A stretch of DNA of 64,000 nt, taken from an uncultured delta proteobacterium (GTDB taxonomy: Bacteria; Desulfobacterota; Binatia; UBA9968). Below are positions 30,836 to 40,380 of the stretch, one piece after another (within the stretch, counting starts at the first letter, position 1; every line of letters begins with the position of its first letter). The notes under the pieces are model-generated. The model worked only from the letters and a program-made list of their open reading frames with translations, was not told the origin of the DNA and did no database searches. The position numbers and the translations under genes are program-made. The DNA is taken from contig CAVSLC010000016.1 in NCBI GenBank assembly GCA_963728565.1, positions 1 through 64,000 on the forward strand, read 5' to 3'.

Positions 30836-32563
30836 CTATTCCCGCGTCGCCACCACGTCACGTCCCGCCAGGCGCTGGACGGCGATGATCACCGCGAAGG
30901 AAACCAACAGCAAGAGAATTCCTAAAACGGCAATAACTCCTATCTGGCCTTCTTCCTTGAGGTCGAAGATAACCACGGAAACAACTTTCGACTGCGGGGC
31001 GAATAAGAGAATCGCTGCGCTCAGCTCGCGGATGACGCCGATGAAGATAAACGACCAGGCTGCGATCAATCCTGACCGCGCCAGCGGCGCGGTAATATCC
31101 TTAAGCGTGGTCAGCCGGTTTGCTCCGATAATCCGGCTGGCATCTTCGAGCTCGGGGTGAATGCTCTTGAAGGTAGACTCCGCCTGGGAAAATCCGATGG
31201 GCATCTCTTTGGTTAAAAAAGCCACGAAAAGAATCCATATCGTGCCGTAGAGGACCAGCGGCGGGCGCGTGTAGGCGATGAACAGACCCACCGCTAGAAC
31301 GATGCCTGGGATGACCAGCGGCGCCAGCGCGAAAAAACTCAGATAGCGCGCCCCCCTAAACAGATTGCGGTTGGTAATGTAAGCAATAAGGGTGGCCAAC
31401 AGAGTGCCGACCGTGGCCGTGATCAGTCCCAGCTTAAAAGTATTGTAGATCGCCAGCTGGGTATCGCCGTACTCGAAAAAAGTAAACGAAAGATTGTGCA
31501 GCGTAAAATTATCCCAAGTTAAAGGCAGCGCCCAAGCTTTGGAGAGCGCCGCCTTGAGCAGGATCCAATAGGGCAAGAAAACCGAAAGCGAAAGAACTCC
31601 CAGCACGAAAAGCAGCACGGGAACCCGGCCCCACCCGAGGTGGATCAGCCGTTTCTGTCCGCCTTTGCCGCCGACGGTACTGTAGCCTTTGCGCCCGAGA
31701 ATTTTTTTCTGCGCGACAATCAGCACCATCGTCGCCAAAAGCAGCGGCACGGAAAAAGCCGCGGCCATGTCCAGGCGTGGCGGGTATTGAAAAAGCGTCC
31801 AGATCTGTGTGGTAATCGTGTGCAAGCCCGCGGGCAGGCCGAGTATGGCCGGCGCACCGAAGAGCGACAGCGAATGAAGAAAAGCCAGGATGAAGCCGCC
31901 GATCAGGGCCGGCAGCGCCAGCGGCAAGGTAACGGTCCAGGCGGTGCGCCATTTGTTCGCGCCGAGAATCTCAGCGGCATCTTCGAGATCCGACGAGATC
32001 AGCTCGCACACATTGGCGATCATGGAAAAAACGAAAGGAAAACTGTAAAGCGTCATGACGAAAATCAGCCCGGCCATCGAAAATATGTTAAAGATCGCCT
32101 CCTCTGAGCCGGTGACGGCGCGATAAAGCTTGTTCAGTGCACCGGCGTTGGGTCCGGCGAGCAGCGTCCAGGCAAACGCTCCCAGGAACGGCGGCGTCAC
32201 GAAGGAGGCCATGACCAGCGCGCGGATCGACTTTTTCCAGGGTAGGTCCGTGCGTGTCACCAACCAGGCGAGCAAAGCGCCGATGATCACTGCGAGCACC
32301 CCGACCGAGGTTGAAATGATCAACGTATTCCAGATCGCAGTAAGAAATTGTTCATTGGTGAAGACTTCGAGATACCTGCTGAATGTGAGGCCGGTGTCAC
32401 CCCACAAACTGGCGCGAAAAATCGCGCCCAACGGGAACAGCATGAGGAAAACAAGAAGAAGCGCCGCGCCGATCCAAACCGGAAAGGTCGGATCTCTAAA
32501 TCGTAAGGCGGACCAGCCTGTCTGGCCGAGCCGACCAAGGGTATCGGTTTGAGAAACGGGCAT
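30836..32563 (-). CDS. ABC transporter permease, duplicated TMD (FbpB type)
   Basis: Two EAA loops, 'LEDAAEILGA' and 'LEDASRIIGA'. Confidence 0.93.
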   Translation of the reverse strand: MPVSQTDTLGRLGQTGWSALRFRDPTFPVWIGAALLLVFLMLFPLGAIFRASLWGDTGLTFSRYLEVFTNEQFLTAIWNTLIISTSVGVLAVIIGALLAWLVTRTDLPWKKSIRALVMASFVTPPFLGAFAWTLLAGPNAGALNKLYRAVTGSEEAIFNIFSMAGLIFVMTLYSFPFVFSMIANVCELISSDLEDAAEILGANKWRTAWTVTLPLALPALIGGFILAFLHSLSLFGAPAILGLPAGLHTITTQIWTLFQYPPRLDMAAAFSVPLLLATMVLIVAQKKILGRKGYSTVGGKGGQKRLIHLGWGRVPVLLFVLGVLSLSVFLPYWILLKAALSKAWALPLTWDNFTLHNLSFTFFEYGDTQLAIYNTFKLGLITATVGTLLATLIAYITNRNLFRGARYLSFFALAPLVIPGIVLAVGLFIAYTRPPLVLYGTIWILFVAFLTKEMPIGFSQAESTFKSIHPELEDASRIIGANRLTTLKDITAPLARSGLIAAWSFIFIGVIRELSAAILLFAPQSKVVSVVIFDLKEEGQIGVIAVLGILLLLVSFAVIIAVQRLAGRDVVATRE

Positions 32564-32581
32564 GAATATTTCTCCCCGCTG

Positions 32582-33601
32582 CTATGCGCCGAAAAATTCA
32601 ACGAAGCGTTTCTTTATCTCGGCATTGCGTTTTTCCAGTTCGTCAGCGTCGGCTGCCAGCAGCTTTAGATCCTTGAGCTTGGGCTTATCCGCCGGATAGC
32701 TCACCTCGGGATGACCGGTATACAGACCTTCTTTATCCGCCAATAGCTGCTGCGACTCTTTAGAAAAAATGAATTCGGTGAATAGTTTCGCCGCATTTGG
32801 ATGAGGCGCATCCCTGGCAATAGCCACCGGTGACACCACCAACGGCACCCCCTCTTTGGGATAGATGATCTTGATCGGATTGCCCTGTTTCAATGTCTTG
32901 TAATAGAAATATTCCGCCCCGTTCACGCCTACCGGGCGCTCTCCCGATGCGACGACGCCCGCCGGGTCGTTAGCTGATTGAACGATATGCAATTTGTTTT
33001 TCGCCAGATCGCGGAAATAGTCCCAGCCATAAACATTCACCAGCGCCAGCACATGGGTCATAATAATGCCGCTGTAGCCGGGGTGAGCGGTGACCATCTT
33101 GCCGCCCCATTTGGGATTTAAAAGATCCTTCCAGGTTTGCGGCGCATCTTTTTCCGCAACGATTTTCGGATTATGAGCGATGACTGAAAGCGTCGCCCTC
33201 ATGCCATAGTAAAAGCCGGCCTTATCCTTGAAGCCGTCGGGAAAACCGGCAACACTCTGCGGAGTAAACTTCAGCAGCAGCCCTTTGTCTTTCAACAGCT
33301 CAAAGTGACCGGCGTCCGAAGTATGCACGATATCGGCATTTTTCAATCCCGCCGTCGCCTCCTGCATGAATCTTTGCAAAACCCGCTGCGAGCCGTTACG
33401 GTGCACTTCCACTTCGATGCCTTTGTATTTACCTTGAAAGTAATGCGAGATTGCGGTCGAAGAGGGCAACGCTAAAGACGTATGCCAAACGACCTTGCCT
33501 TCTTTTCGCGCCGCCTGGACAAGCTGAGGATCTTGCGCGCGAGCAAGGGGAATTGAAACGAAACATAGGGCAAGAATGAACAAGCAGAACTTTAGTTTCA
33601 T
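32582..33601 (-). CDS. ABC substrate-binding protein (FbpA/AfuA type)
   Basis: Signal peptide; 'AARKEGKVV', 'PQTWKDLL', 'YPKEG', 'APHPNAAKLF'. Confidence 0.9.
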   Translation of the reverse strand: MKLKFCLFILALCFVSIPLARAQDPQLVQAARKEGKVVWHTSLALPSSTAISHYFQGKYKGIEVEVHRNGSQRVLQRFMQEATAGLKNADIVHTSDAGHFELLKDKGLLLKFTPQSVAGFPDGFKDKAGFYYGMRATLSVIAHNPKIVAEKDAPQTWKDLLNPKWGGKMVTAHPGYSGIIMTHVLALVNVYGWDYFRDLAKNKLHIVQSANDPAGVVASGERPVGVNGAEYFYYKTLKQGNPIKIIYPKEGVPLVVSPVAIARDAPHPNAAKLFTEFIFSKESQQLLADKEGLYTGHPEVSYPADKPKLKDLKLLAADADELEKRNAEIKKRFVEFFGA

Positions 33602-33653
33602 GATTCGCTCCTCCATTGTACTAGGACTGGCTCTCTCGACTTTACTCGTATTT

Positions 33654-35024
33654 TCAAGGTTTCAACAGTTCGGTCAATGCCGTAACGTTGGGCATCTGTT
33701 CCAGCCGTGCCACGGCCTCAATGATCTGATCGGCCCGGTCCCGCGGCAGACGAAGTGATGCATTAGCGCGAAACTTGGCTTCAATCTCCTCGGGCGGCAG
33801 CGGGTCTTCGAACCCGCCCCGCGGATGGGCCTGATTCGCTTCAAGGACGCTGCCATCAGCCAAGCGAATTTTCACGTGACCCGAAAAATGCCGGGGATAA
33901 TCAATCGTCGGGTCGAGTTCGTAGCGAACCTTTCTCGCTAGAGCCAGCACCGAAGGCTCGTGAATCGCTTCATCAGTAAACTCCTCAAGGCCGGCGCGGC
34001 CACGAATGAGCATGACCGCAATACAATAAGGTAAGCTAAATTTTGCGCCATAGGAGCTTGCCGGTCGCTGTTTATCGGCAAGCGGCTCCCATAATCGATG
34101 CACCGGCCCCTGTGCCGTACGGCAGACAACTTCAACGATTTTCTCGGGCGCAGGCGCATACTTGAGCCGAAGCTTGAGCGCGCAATCCATGTAGGGGTGA
34201 GATATGGAACCGCATGGATAGGACTTGAACGTCAGCCGCGGCGTTTCCCAAATCTTGCCTAATTCGAGCAACTTCTCGAAATGATATTCAGTGGGCCCGC
34301 CAAAAGACTGGAAAAAGCCGTGGGTGCCTTCAAAAACTTTTTCCGGACCGCGAAAGCCTTCGCGGGCGAGCAAAGTGGCTATCACTCCGCCATGGGCTGC
34401 CCAACCCGGATGCATTCGTTTTGTCCAGGTACCGTCAGCCAGATATTCGATGATGCCCGAGCTCTGACTGCCACAGATTCCAAACGCATCGCTCCATTGA
34501 CCCAGCTCAAGGCTATACAATTTTCCCGCGGCCGCAGCAGCGCCGAAGGTAGAACAGAGTGCGGTAGGATGGAAGCCGCGCGCGTGGAATTTTCCGGGAG
34601 CGACAATCCCGATTTTGCACATGACTTCGGTGCCGGCAACGGCTGCTTCCAAAACCGATCGGCCAGCCGCGCCAATCTCCTCGCCGACCGCCAGAGCTGT
34701 CATCCCGGCGCAGCAACCGGTGTGCACGATGGCTTCTTCCAGCGTGTCATCGTAATCCAGGCCGTGCGCCAATGTTCCATTGGCAAGCACGGCGTTGGCA
34801 GCAGCAACCTTGCTGTCGCAACCGATCAATCGGCTGTTCGGCGACCCCCCGAGAGCTTGCGCAACTCTCGTTACCATAGCGCCAAAGTCCATTGTCGAAG
34901 AGGCCAACGCCACGCCAACCGTATCGAGAAGGACGAGCTTGGCCTTATCGACGAGGGCTTGGGGAATATCGTCTATGCCCAAGCCGCGGACAAATCGTCC
35001 TAGGGCTTGCGAGTACGGCTCCAC
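33654..35024 (-). CDS. MmgE/PrpD family protein
   Basis: 'NGTLAHGLDYDD', 'GFHPT', 'KRMHPG', 'KSYPCG', 'AKFSLPY'. Confidence 0.92.
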   Translation of the reverse strand: MEPYSQALGRFVRGLGIDDIPQALVDKAKLVLLDTVGVALASSTMDFGAMVTRVAQALGGSPNSRLIGCDSKVAAANAVLANGTLAHGLDYDDTLEEAIVHTGCCAGMTALAVGEEIGAAGRSVLEAAVAGTEVMCKIGIVAPGKFHARGFHPTALCSTFGAAAAAGKLYSLELGQWSDAFGICGSQSSGIIEYLADGTWTKRMHPGWAAHGGVIATLLAREGFRGPEKVFEGTHGFFQSFGGPTEYHFEKLLELGKIWETPRLTFKSYPCGSISHPYMDCALKLRLKYAPAPEKIVEVVCRTAQGPVHRLWEPLADKQRPASSYGAKFSLPYCIAVMLIRGRAGLEEFTDEAIHEPSVLALARKVRYELDPTIDYPRHFSGHVKIRLADGSVLEANQAHPRGGFEDPLPPEEIEAKFRANASLRLPRDRADQIIEAVARLEQMPNVTALTELLKP

Positions 35025-36469
35025 TTGTGCTCCTTACTGTGCTGCAGGCTCGCTTGCATAAATCGTGGTGATATTTTCTTTCGGGCCTTTGAGCTCCCCA
35101 GCGCGCGAATCAATGGATTCAAAGTTTTGAGCTCGGCCAGCCGAGCTACCAGATCGATGACCCGTCCGGCATTATCCGCCGGCACCGCAAGGCTCGCACA
35201 TTCTTTGAACTTTTCGGCTAACTCACTCCAGCTCATGGGCTTTTCCGGGTGGCCACGAGCAACATCATACCGCCCTTCGATGCTCCGGCCGTTATGAAGT
35301 CTGATGCGAATGCGCGAGCGCACCTGATCGAAACCCAGAGCTTCCAGCTCACCATCGACGTAAAGCCTGACCCGTTTCATCAGTTCAACGACTTTCTTCT
35401 GCCGTACTTTACTATCGGCGAACTGGGCTATTCCGGCCTTGCGCTCGAGCACCGCAATGGCCATGCAAAAAGGAATGCTGAACTTTGCTTCCAGCGCCGT
35501 CTTCGGCATCGGATAAATTAAGGCGTTGGGTACGTTGGAGTTGGTGCCAACCTCAATGGATTCAATATCCGACGCATGGAGATCATGCTCTCTGACCAGA
35601 TCGAGAATCAAGTCCTGGGCCGGATGAGACAGGGACCCCGAAGGGTAAGGCTTGATCGAGATCCCGGGCTCTTCGATAAAATAAGGGCGGCCGAGCCGGC
35701 CGGCAATCTTGCTTTCATCGTAGCCGCCGGCCATGGCGTGATAGAACCCTCGCTGCGCTTCGAGAATGTTGCTGGCAGCGGTAAAGCCGCTCTGCGCTAG
35801 CAGAGCGGCCGTCACACCGTTCTCAGCCGCGCGGCCGGCATGGAGCGGCTTGGTCATGGTACCGAAGTTCTCCCGCAGTCCGGCGGCCATGCTGGCACAG
35901 ATACCGAGAGCCTGAACCAAGACATTTTCCCTCAGCCGCAAAATCTTCCCCACCGCCATCACTGCGCCGAGCCCGCCTATGGTCGCAGTGGAATGGAACC
36001 CTGACTGATAATGGCGCGGATTGATCGAGTCGGCGATGCGGCACTCAACTTCGACTCCGACGATGTACGCCAGCAGGAGCTCCGCGCCGCTAATTCTTTG
36101 TTTCTCGCCGACGGCCAAAACGGCGGCCAGGACCGGTGTCGTCGGGTGCGTCAACAATCCATATACCGCCTCTTTGGACGTGGAGAGCTGCGTATCGTCG
36201 TAGTCCATAGCATGGCCGGCAACACCATTGGCTAATGCCGCTTTAGGCGCCGGCGCCGACCAAGCAGTCCCGAGCACCGCGCACTCTTCCCTGCCGCCGA
36301 AATTCCGGACATGCGCCTGCACAATGCGCGAGCACTCATCGGTCGAGCCCGCCAGCGCCACACCGAGTCCGTCGAGGATGAAACCCCGCGCCAAACGAAT
36401 CACTTCCGAAGGAATATCCTTGTAGCTCACCTTAAAAACGTAATTCGCTACTTCTTGTGTCAAACCCAC
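35000..36469 (-). CDS. MmgE/PrpD family protein
   Basis: 'NGVAGHAMDYDD', 'HPT', 'GFHST', 'KPLHAG', 'KPYPSG', 'AKFSIPF'. Confidence 0.92.
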   Translation of the reverse strand: MGLTQEVANYVFKVSYKDIPSEVIRLARGFILDGLGVALAGSTDECSRIVQAHVRNFGGREECAVLGTAWSAPAPKAALANGVAGHAMDYDDTQLSTSKEAVYGLLTHPTTPVLAAVLAVGEKQRISGAELLLAYIVGVEVECRIADSINPRHYQSGFHSTATIGGLGAVMAVGKILRLRENVLVQALGICASMAAGLRENFGTMTKPLHAGRAAENGVTAALLAQSGFTAASNILEAQRGFYHAMAGGYDESKIAGRLGRPYFIEEPGISIKPYPSGSLSHPAQDLILDLVREHDLHASDIESIEVGTNSNVPNALIYPMPKTALEAKFSIPFCMAIAVLERKAGIAQFADSKVRQKKVVELMKRVRLYVDGELEALGFDQVRSRIRIRLHNGRSIEGRYDVARGHPEKPMSWSELAEKFKECASLAVPADNAGRVIDLVARLAELKTLNPLIRALGSSKARKKISPRFMQASLQHSKEHKWSRTRKP

Positions 36470-36689
36470 CGAAGCTCCTTCAATGCATCAGATTTATCGA
36501 AAAACGCAGGAGACTGATATCAGAACTGGAATCGTTTTTCACCTTGTTTCAAATCGCCACCCGGCATAGAGCGGTCGCTCGAATGACGGTCACTCGCTCA
36601 GCGGCTACTTTGGAAGCCTGGATACAAGGAGGAGTGCCGCGTAGAACCCTTGTTTCGCCGACTACGCATTCTGATGTCCACTTGATTGC

Positions 36690-36718
36690 TTGACACTAGG
36701 AATCACCTACGATACGTT
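36690..36718 (+). promoter_or_regulatory. Sigma-70 promoter for the SAM-riboswitch operon
   Basis: TTGACA-N17-TACGTT; implied start site ~36725, just before the riboswitch. Confidence 0.65.
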
Positions 36719-36736
36719 CACCACTAAATATTCTGA

Positions 36737-36845
36737 ACCTTATTCAGAGTGGTGGAGGGATCGGCCCTTCGAAGCCACAGCAACCGGTTCCGAAAGGAAC
36801 GCTGGTGCTAATTCCAACCCCTGCCATGCGGGGGAAAGATAAGGT
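36737..36845 (+). ncRNA. SAM-I (S-box) riboswitch aptamer
   Basis: P1 ACCTTAT...ATAAGGT; conserved segments CAGAG, GGAGGGA.CGGCCC..CGAAGCC, CAGCAACC, GGTGCTAATTCC, GAAAGATAAG. Confidence 0.95.
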
Positions 36846-36856
36846 GAGGTGATTTG

Positions 36857-36892
36857 AAAACCTCTTCTTATCGACAGAAGAGGTTTTTTTTT
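36857..36892 (+). terminator. Intrinsic terminator of the riboswitch expression platform
   Basis: AAAACCTCTTCT-TATCGAC-AGAAGAGGTTTT plus U-tract; alternative pairing of GATAAGGTGAGGT (36838-36850) with ACCTCTTCTTATC (36860-36872) forms an antiterminator. Confidence 0.9.
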
Positions 36893-36904
36893 GGACAAAA
36901 GTTT

Positions 36905-37705
36905 ATGAGCCTCAGCCTGACAACAGAACAGATTGAACGCTACAGCCGTCAGATACTTGTGCCGGATTTCGGCGGCAAAGGACAAATACGCCTGCGCCAG
37001 GGTCGAATTCTGATCATTGGCGCGGGCGGCTTGGGCTCGCCAAGCGCATTTTATCTAGCCGCAGCCGGCGCGGGCACCTTGGGGTTGATTGATGCCGATA
37101 ATGTCGAACTATCAAATCTGCAGCGTCAGATTCTTCATGCCACCGCCGATCTGGGCAAGACAAAAGTAGAATCCGGCAAAGAGACTCTTACCCAACTAAA
37201 TCCCGACGTCGAGGTGATTACTTATCCTGTAAGGCTTGATTCCGACAATATAGATGAACTCTTTTCGCAGTATCAATTTATTGTTGACGGCAGCGATAAT
37301 TTTGAGACCAAGTTCCTGGTTAACGATGCCGCGGTGCGTTTGAAAAAAGCTTATTCACATGCCGGCATCGTCAGATGGCAGGGCCAAACCATGACTGTGA
37401 TTCCCGGCAAAACTGCTTGTTACCGTTGCCTCTTCAAAGAGCCGCCGCCGCCGGCAGAAATCTTGAATTGCCAGCAATCCGGCATCCTCGGCGCCGTCGC
37501 CGGAACCATTGGCTCGATTCAAGCCACCGAGGCCATCAAGTATCTGATCGGCTTCGAAGAAGGACTGTTGACCGATCGTCTCCTTACTTATGACGCCAGA
37601 GCCATGAAGTTTCATCACGTAGAGGTAAGAAAAGACCCGGATTGCGCGGCGTGCCGGCCGTTGATGACAACCGAGACGCCGGTTTCGAAAATCATCTCGG
37701 AGTAG
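36905..37705 (+). CDS. MoeB/ThiF-family sulfur-carrier adenylyltransferase (no rhodanese domain)
   Basis: 'RYSRQI', 'GAGGLGS', 'SNLQRQ', 'DGSDNF', 'CYRC', 'C..C'. Confidence 0.93.
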   Translation: MSLSLTTEQIERYSRQILVPDFGGKGQIRLRQGRILIIGAGGLGSPSAFYLAAAGAGTLGLIDADNVELSNLQRQILHATADLGKTKVESGKETLTQLNPDVEVITYPVRLDSDNIDELFSQYQFIVDGSDNFETKFLVNDAAVRLKKAYSHAGIVRWQGQTMTVIPGKTACYRCLFKEPPPPAEILNCQQSGILGAVAGTIGSIQATEAIKYLIGFEEGLLTDRLLTYDARAMKFHHVEVRKDPDCAACRPLMTTETPVSKIISE

Positions 37706-37723
37706 CGTTAGAAAGGAAGATTC

Positions 37724-38983
37724 ATGAGTTTTGTCAAAGGACTCCAGTGTCGAGAGTGCGGTCAAGACTACCCTAAAGAGCCGCTGCATGTCTGCGAGAC
37801 TTGCTTCGGGCCACTGGAAATCGTTTACGACTATGACGCCATCGCTAACGCAATCAGCCGCGAAAAGATCGCCGGACGCGACAAAAATCTTTGGCGCTAT
37901 CGCGAGCTGCTGCCGATCGATGGAGAACCGCAGGTTGGGATGTATTCGGGGTTTACTCCGCTGGTCAAAGCCCATCGATTGGCGGAAGCATTAGGAGTGA
38001 AGGAGCTTTACCTCAAAGATGATTCAGTCAATCACCCGACCTTTTCATATAAGGATCGGGTGGTCTCCGTCGCTATCTCCAAGGCTATCGAGTTCGGCTT
38101 CGATACGGTCTCGTGCGCCTCGACCGGTAATCTTGCGAACTCTGTCGCCGCTCACGCCGCCAAAGCCGGGCTCAATTGCTATGTTTTTGTTCCCGACGGG
38201 CTGGAACAGGGAAAAATTATCGGCTCAGCTATTTATGGACCAAAAACGATCGCCATCAAAGGGAACTATGATGACGTTAACCGGATCTGCAGCGAAATCG
38301 GCGATAAGTATGGTTGGGCGTTCGTCAACGTGAATCTACGACCCTACTATTCGGAAGGCGCAAAAACACATGCTTATGAAATCGCCGAACAGTTAGGCTG
38401 GAAGCTTCCTAAACACATCGTGGTTGCCTCGGCGGGCGGAACCATTCTGCCCAAGCTGGCCAAGGCGTTCAAGGAGCTCGCCAAAGTGGGACTGGTGCAA
38501 GATACCGGTTGCAAGATTTACTCGGCGCAGGCCGCTGGATGCGCTCCGATCATCAATGCCCTTCATAACGGCACGGATTTGATAAGTCCGGTAAAGCCCA
38601 ACACGATTGCGAGTTCGATCGCGATTGGCAATCCGGCAGATGGCTACTACGTCGTTCACGCGGTCAAAGAGTCCGGCGGTTGGGGTGAGAGTGTCACGGA
38701 TGAAGAAATTGTTGAAGGGATCAAGCTGCTCGCAAGGACTGAAGGAATTTTTACCGAGCCGGCGGGAGGAACCGAAGTCGCGGTAACCAGGAAACTTATC
38801 CAAAAAGGACGAATTCCGCGTGATGAATCGATCGTTATTAGCATCACTGGTAACGGCTACAAAACTTTTGAGGCGGTAGCCCGCAGCGTCGAGCAGCCCT
38901 ACACGATTAAAGCCACGTTGGAGAATTTCGATCAGCTCTATCAACATCTGAATCCGCCGGTTTCACAGGCGGCAGGCAGCTAA
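37724..38983 (+). CDS. Threonine-synthase-like PLP enzyme (possible phosphohomoserine sulfhydrylase)
   Basis: N-terminal zinc ribbon 'CREC...CETCFGPL', 'PTFSYKDR', 'CASTGN', 'NVNLRPYY.EG.KT', 'TGNGYK'. Confidence 0.88.
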   Translation: MSFVKGLQCRECGQDYPKEPLHVCETCFGPLEIVYDYDAIANAISREKIAGRDKNLWRYRELLPIDGEPQVGMYSGFTPLVKAHRLAEALGVKELYLKDDSVNHPTFSYKDRVVSVAISKAIEFGFDTVSCASTGNLANSVAAHAAKAGLNCYVFVPDGLEQGKIIGSAIYGPKTIAIKGNYDDVNRICSEIGDKYGWAFVNVNLRPYYSEGAKTHAYEIAEQLGWKLPKHIVVASAGGTILPKLAKAFKELAKVGLVQDTGCKIYSAQAAGCAPIINALHNGTDLISPVKPNTIASSIAIGNPADGYYVVHAVKESGGWGESVTDEEIVEGIKLLARTEGIFTEPAGGTEVAVTRKLIQKGRIPRDESIVISITGNGYKTFEAVARSVEQPYTIKATLENFDQLYQHLNPPVSQAAGS

Positions 38984-39076
38984 TTCTATCATGCCGGTGT
39001 AACGGCTTGCATGGCCCCAGGCTACGGACTATGTTAGCTAAGACTAGAACGCCGGTAAGCTTTCAGGAGGATGGTT

Positions 39077-39355
39077 ATGTCGGTTCGAGTTCGTGTTCCT
39101 ACCCCACTGCGCAAATTCACCCAAGGAGTTGACGAGGTCAACGCGCAGGGAAACAATATCCGGTCGATTGTCGAAGACCTGGAAAAAAACTATCCCGGGA
39201 TCAAAGAGCGAATTTGTGACGAGACCGGCAAAGTACGGCGATTCGTCAATGTGTATGTCAATGGCGACGATATTCGTTTTTTACAAAACCTGGAGACCGC
39301 GCTTAAAGAAGGCGACAACATCTCTATCGTTCCCGCCATCGCCGGAGGGCGTTAG
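39077..39355 (+). CDS. MoaD/ThiS/CysO-like ubiquitin-fold sulfur carrier
   Basis: 'VRVPTPLRKFT', 'RRFVNVYVNGDDIRF', 'SIVPAIAGG-R*'; RBS AGGAGG favours ATG 39077. Confidence 0.93.
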   Translation: MSVRVRVPTPLRKFTQGVDEVNAQGNNIRSIVEDLEKNYPGIKERICDETGKVRRFVNVYVNGDDIRFLQNLETALKEGDNISIVPAIAGGR

Positions 39356-39375
39356 CGAAGCATCGCTTTGAGCCT

Positions 39376-40377
39376 ATGGTGAAAGCCAATCACAACTTGC
39401 GGCTGGTTCACGCGCTCCCACGGGAACCAAAAGAGATCGGCTCGGTGCTCGATCTCATCGGCAACACTCCGCTGCTGGAGATCCGCAAGATTACCGAAGG
39501 CTTGCCTGCCGGAGTTCGCATATTTGCCAAATTAGAAGGGTTCAATCCGGGCGGTTCGGTTAAGGATCGGCCGGCGTTGCGGATGATTCAAGAAGGGATT
39601 CACGCCGGAACTCTAACGACCGACAAAGTCATTCTTGATTCAACCTCGGGCAACACCGGCATCGGCTTGGCGTTAATCGGTAGAGTGTTGGGCTATCCCG
39701 TCGAGCTGGTGATTCCGGCCAACGTTAGTATTGAGCGCAAGCAGATTATCCAGGCTTACGGTGCCAAAATTACCTTCAGCGATCCGCTAGAAGGCTCTGA
39801 TGGCGCGATCCGGCTTAGCCGCGAAATTCTACGAGCCAATCCCGACCGTTACTTCAAACCCGATCAATATTTTAATTCCATGAATCCACAGGCTCACTAC
39901 GAAACAACCGGCCCGGAAGTCTATCGTCAAACCGATGGCAAGATCACTCATTTCGTCGCGGGTATCGGAACCGGTGGAACCATAATGGGGACGGGGCGTT
40001 ATCTTAAAGAGTTGAATCCGGGCATACAGATTATTGCTGTCGAACCCGATGACGCCCTACACGGTCTCGAGGGGCTCAAGCACATGGCCAGCTCAATCGT
40101 GCCCGGCATCTATCATGAAGAGGAGCTGGATCGTAAGATTCCGGTCTCAACCGAAGATGCCTATGCAATGGTGTACCGTTTGAGCCAAGAAGAAGGAATT
40201 TTAGTCGGCCAGTCATCGGGCGCAGCCATGTTTGCCAGCCTGAAAATAGCACGCAAGCTGCATTCCGGCATTATCGTGACGGTTTTTCCTGATTTCGGGG
40301 ACAAGTACCTATCCACCAGCCTCTGGGTCGGCTGGCGCGACCGAATGGCGGTTGGCAACCTGAAGTTTTCGATTTAG
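39376..40377 (+). CDS. cysM: Cysteine synthase (CysM-like) PLP enzyme
   Basis: 'IGNTPL', 'KLEGFNPGGSVKDR', 'TSGNTG', 'GIGTGGT', 'GQSSGA', 'PDFGDKYLS'. Confidence 0.88.
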   Translation: MVKANHNLRLVHALPREPKEIGSVLDLIGNTPLLEIRKITEGLPAGVRIFAKLEGFNPGGSVKDRPALRMIQEGIHAGTLTTDKVILDSTSGNTGIGLALIGRVLGYPVELVIPANVSIERKQIIQAYGAKITFSDPLEGSDGAIRLSREILRANPDRYFKPDQYFNSMNPQAHYETTGPEVYRQTDGKITHFVAGIGTGGTIMGTGRYLKELNPGIQIIAVEPDDALHGLEGLKHMASSIVPGIYHEEELDRKIPVSTEDAYAMVYRLSQEEGILVGQSSGAAMFASLKIARKLHSGIIVTVFPDFGDKYLSTSLWVGWRDRMAVGNLKFSI

Positions 40378-40380
40378 AAA

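Noticed and set aside
36740-36985. Antisense ORF and the extended MoeB start at 36854
   Set aside because: Both overlap the SAM riboswitch or its terminator; ATG 36905 fits the protein family.
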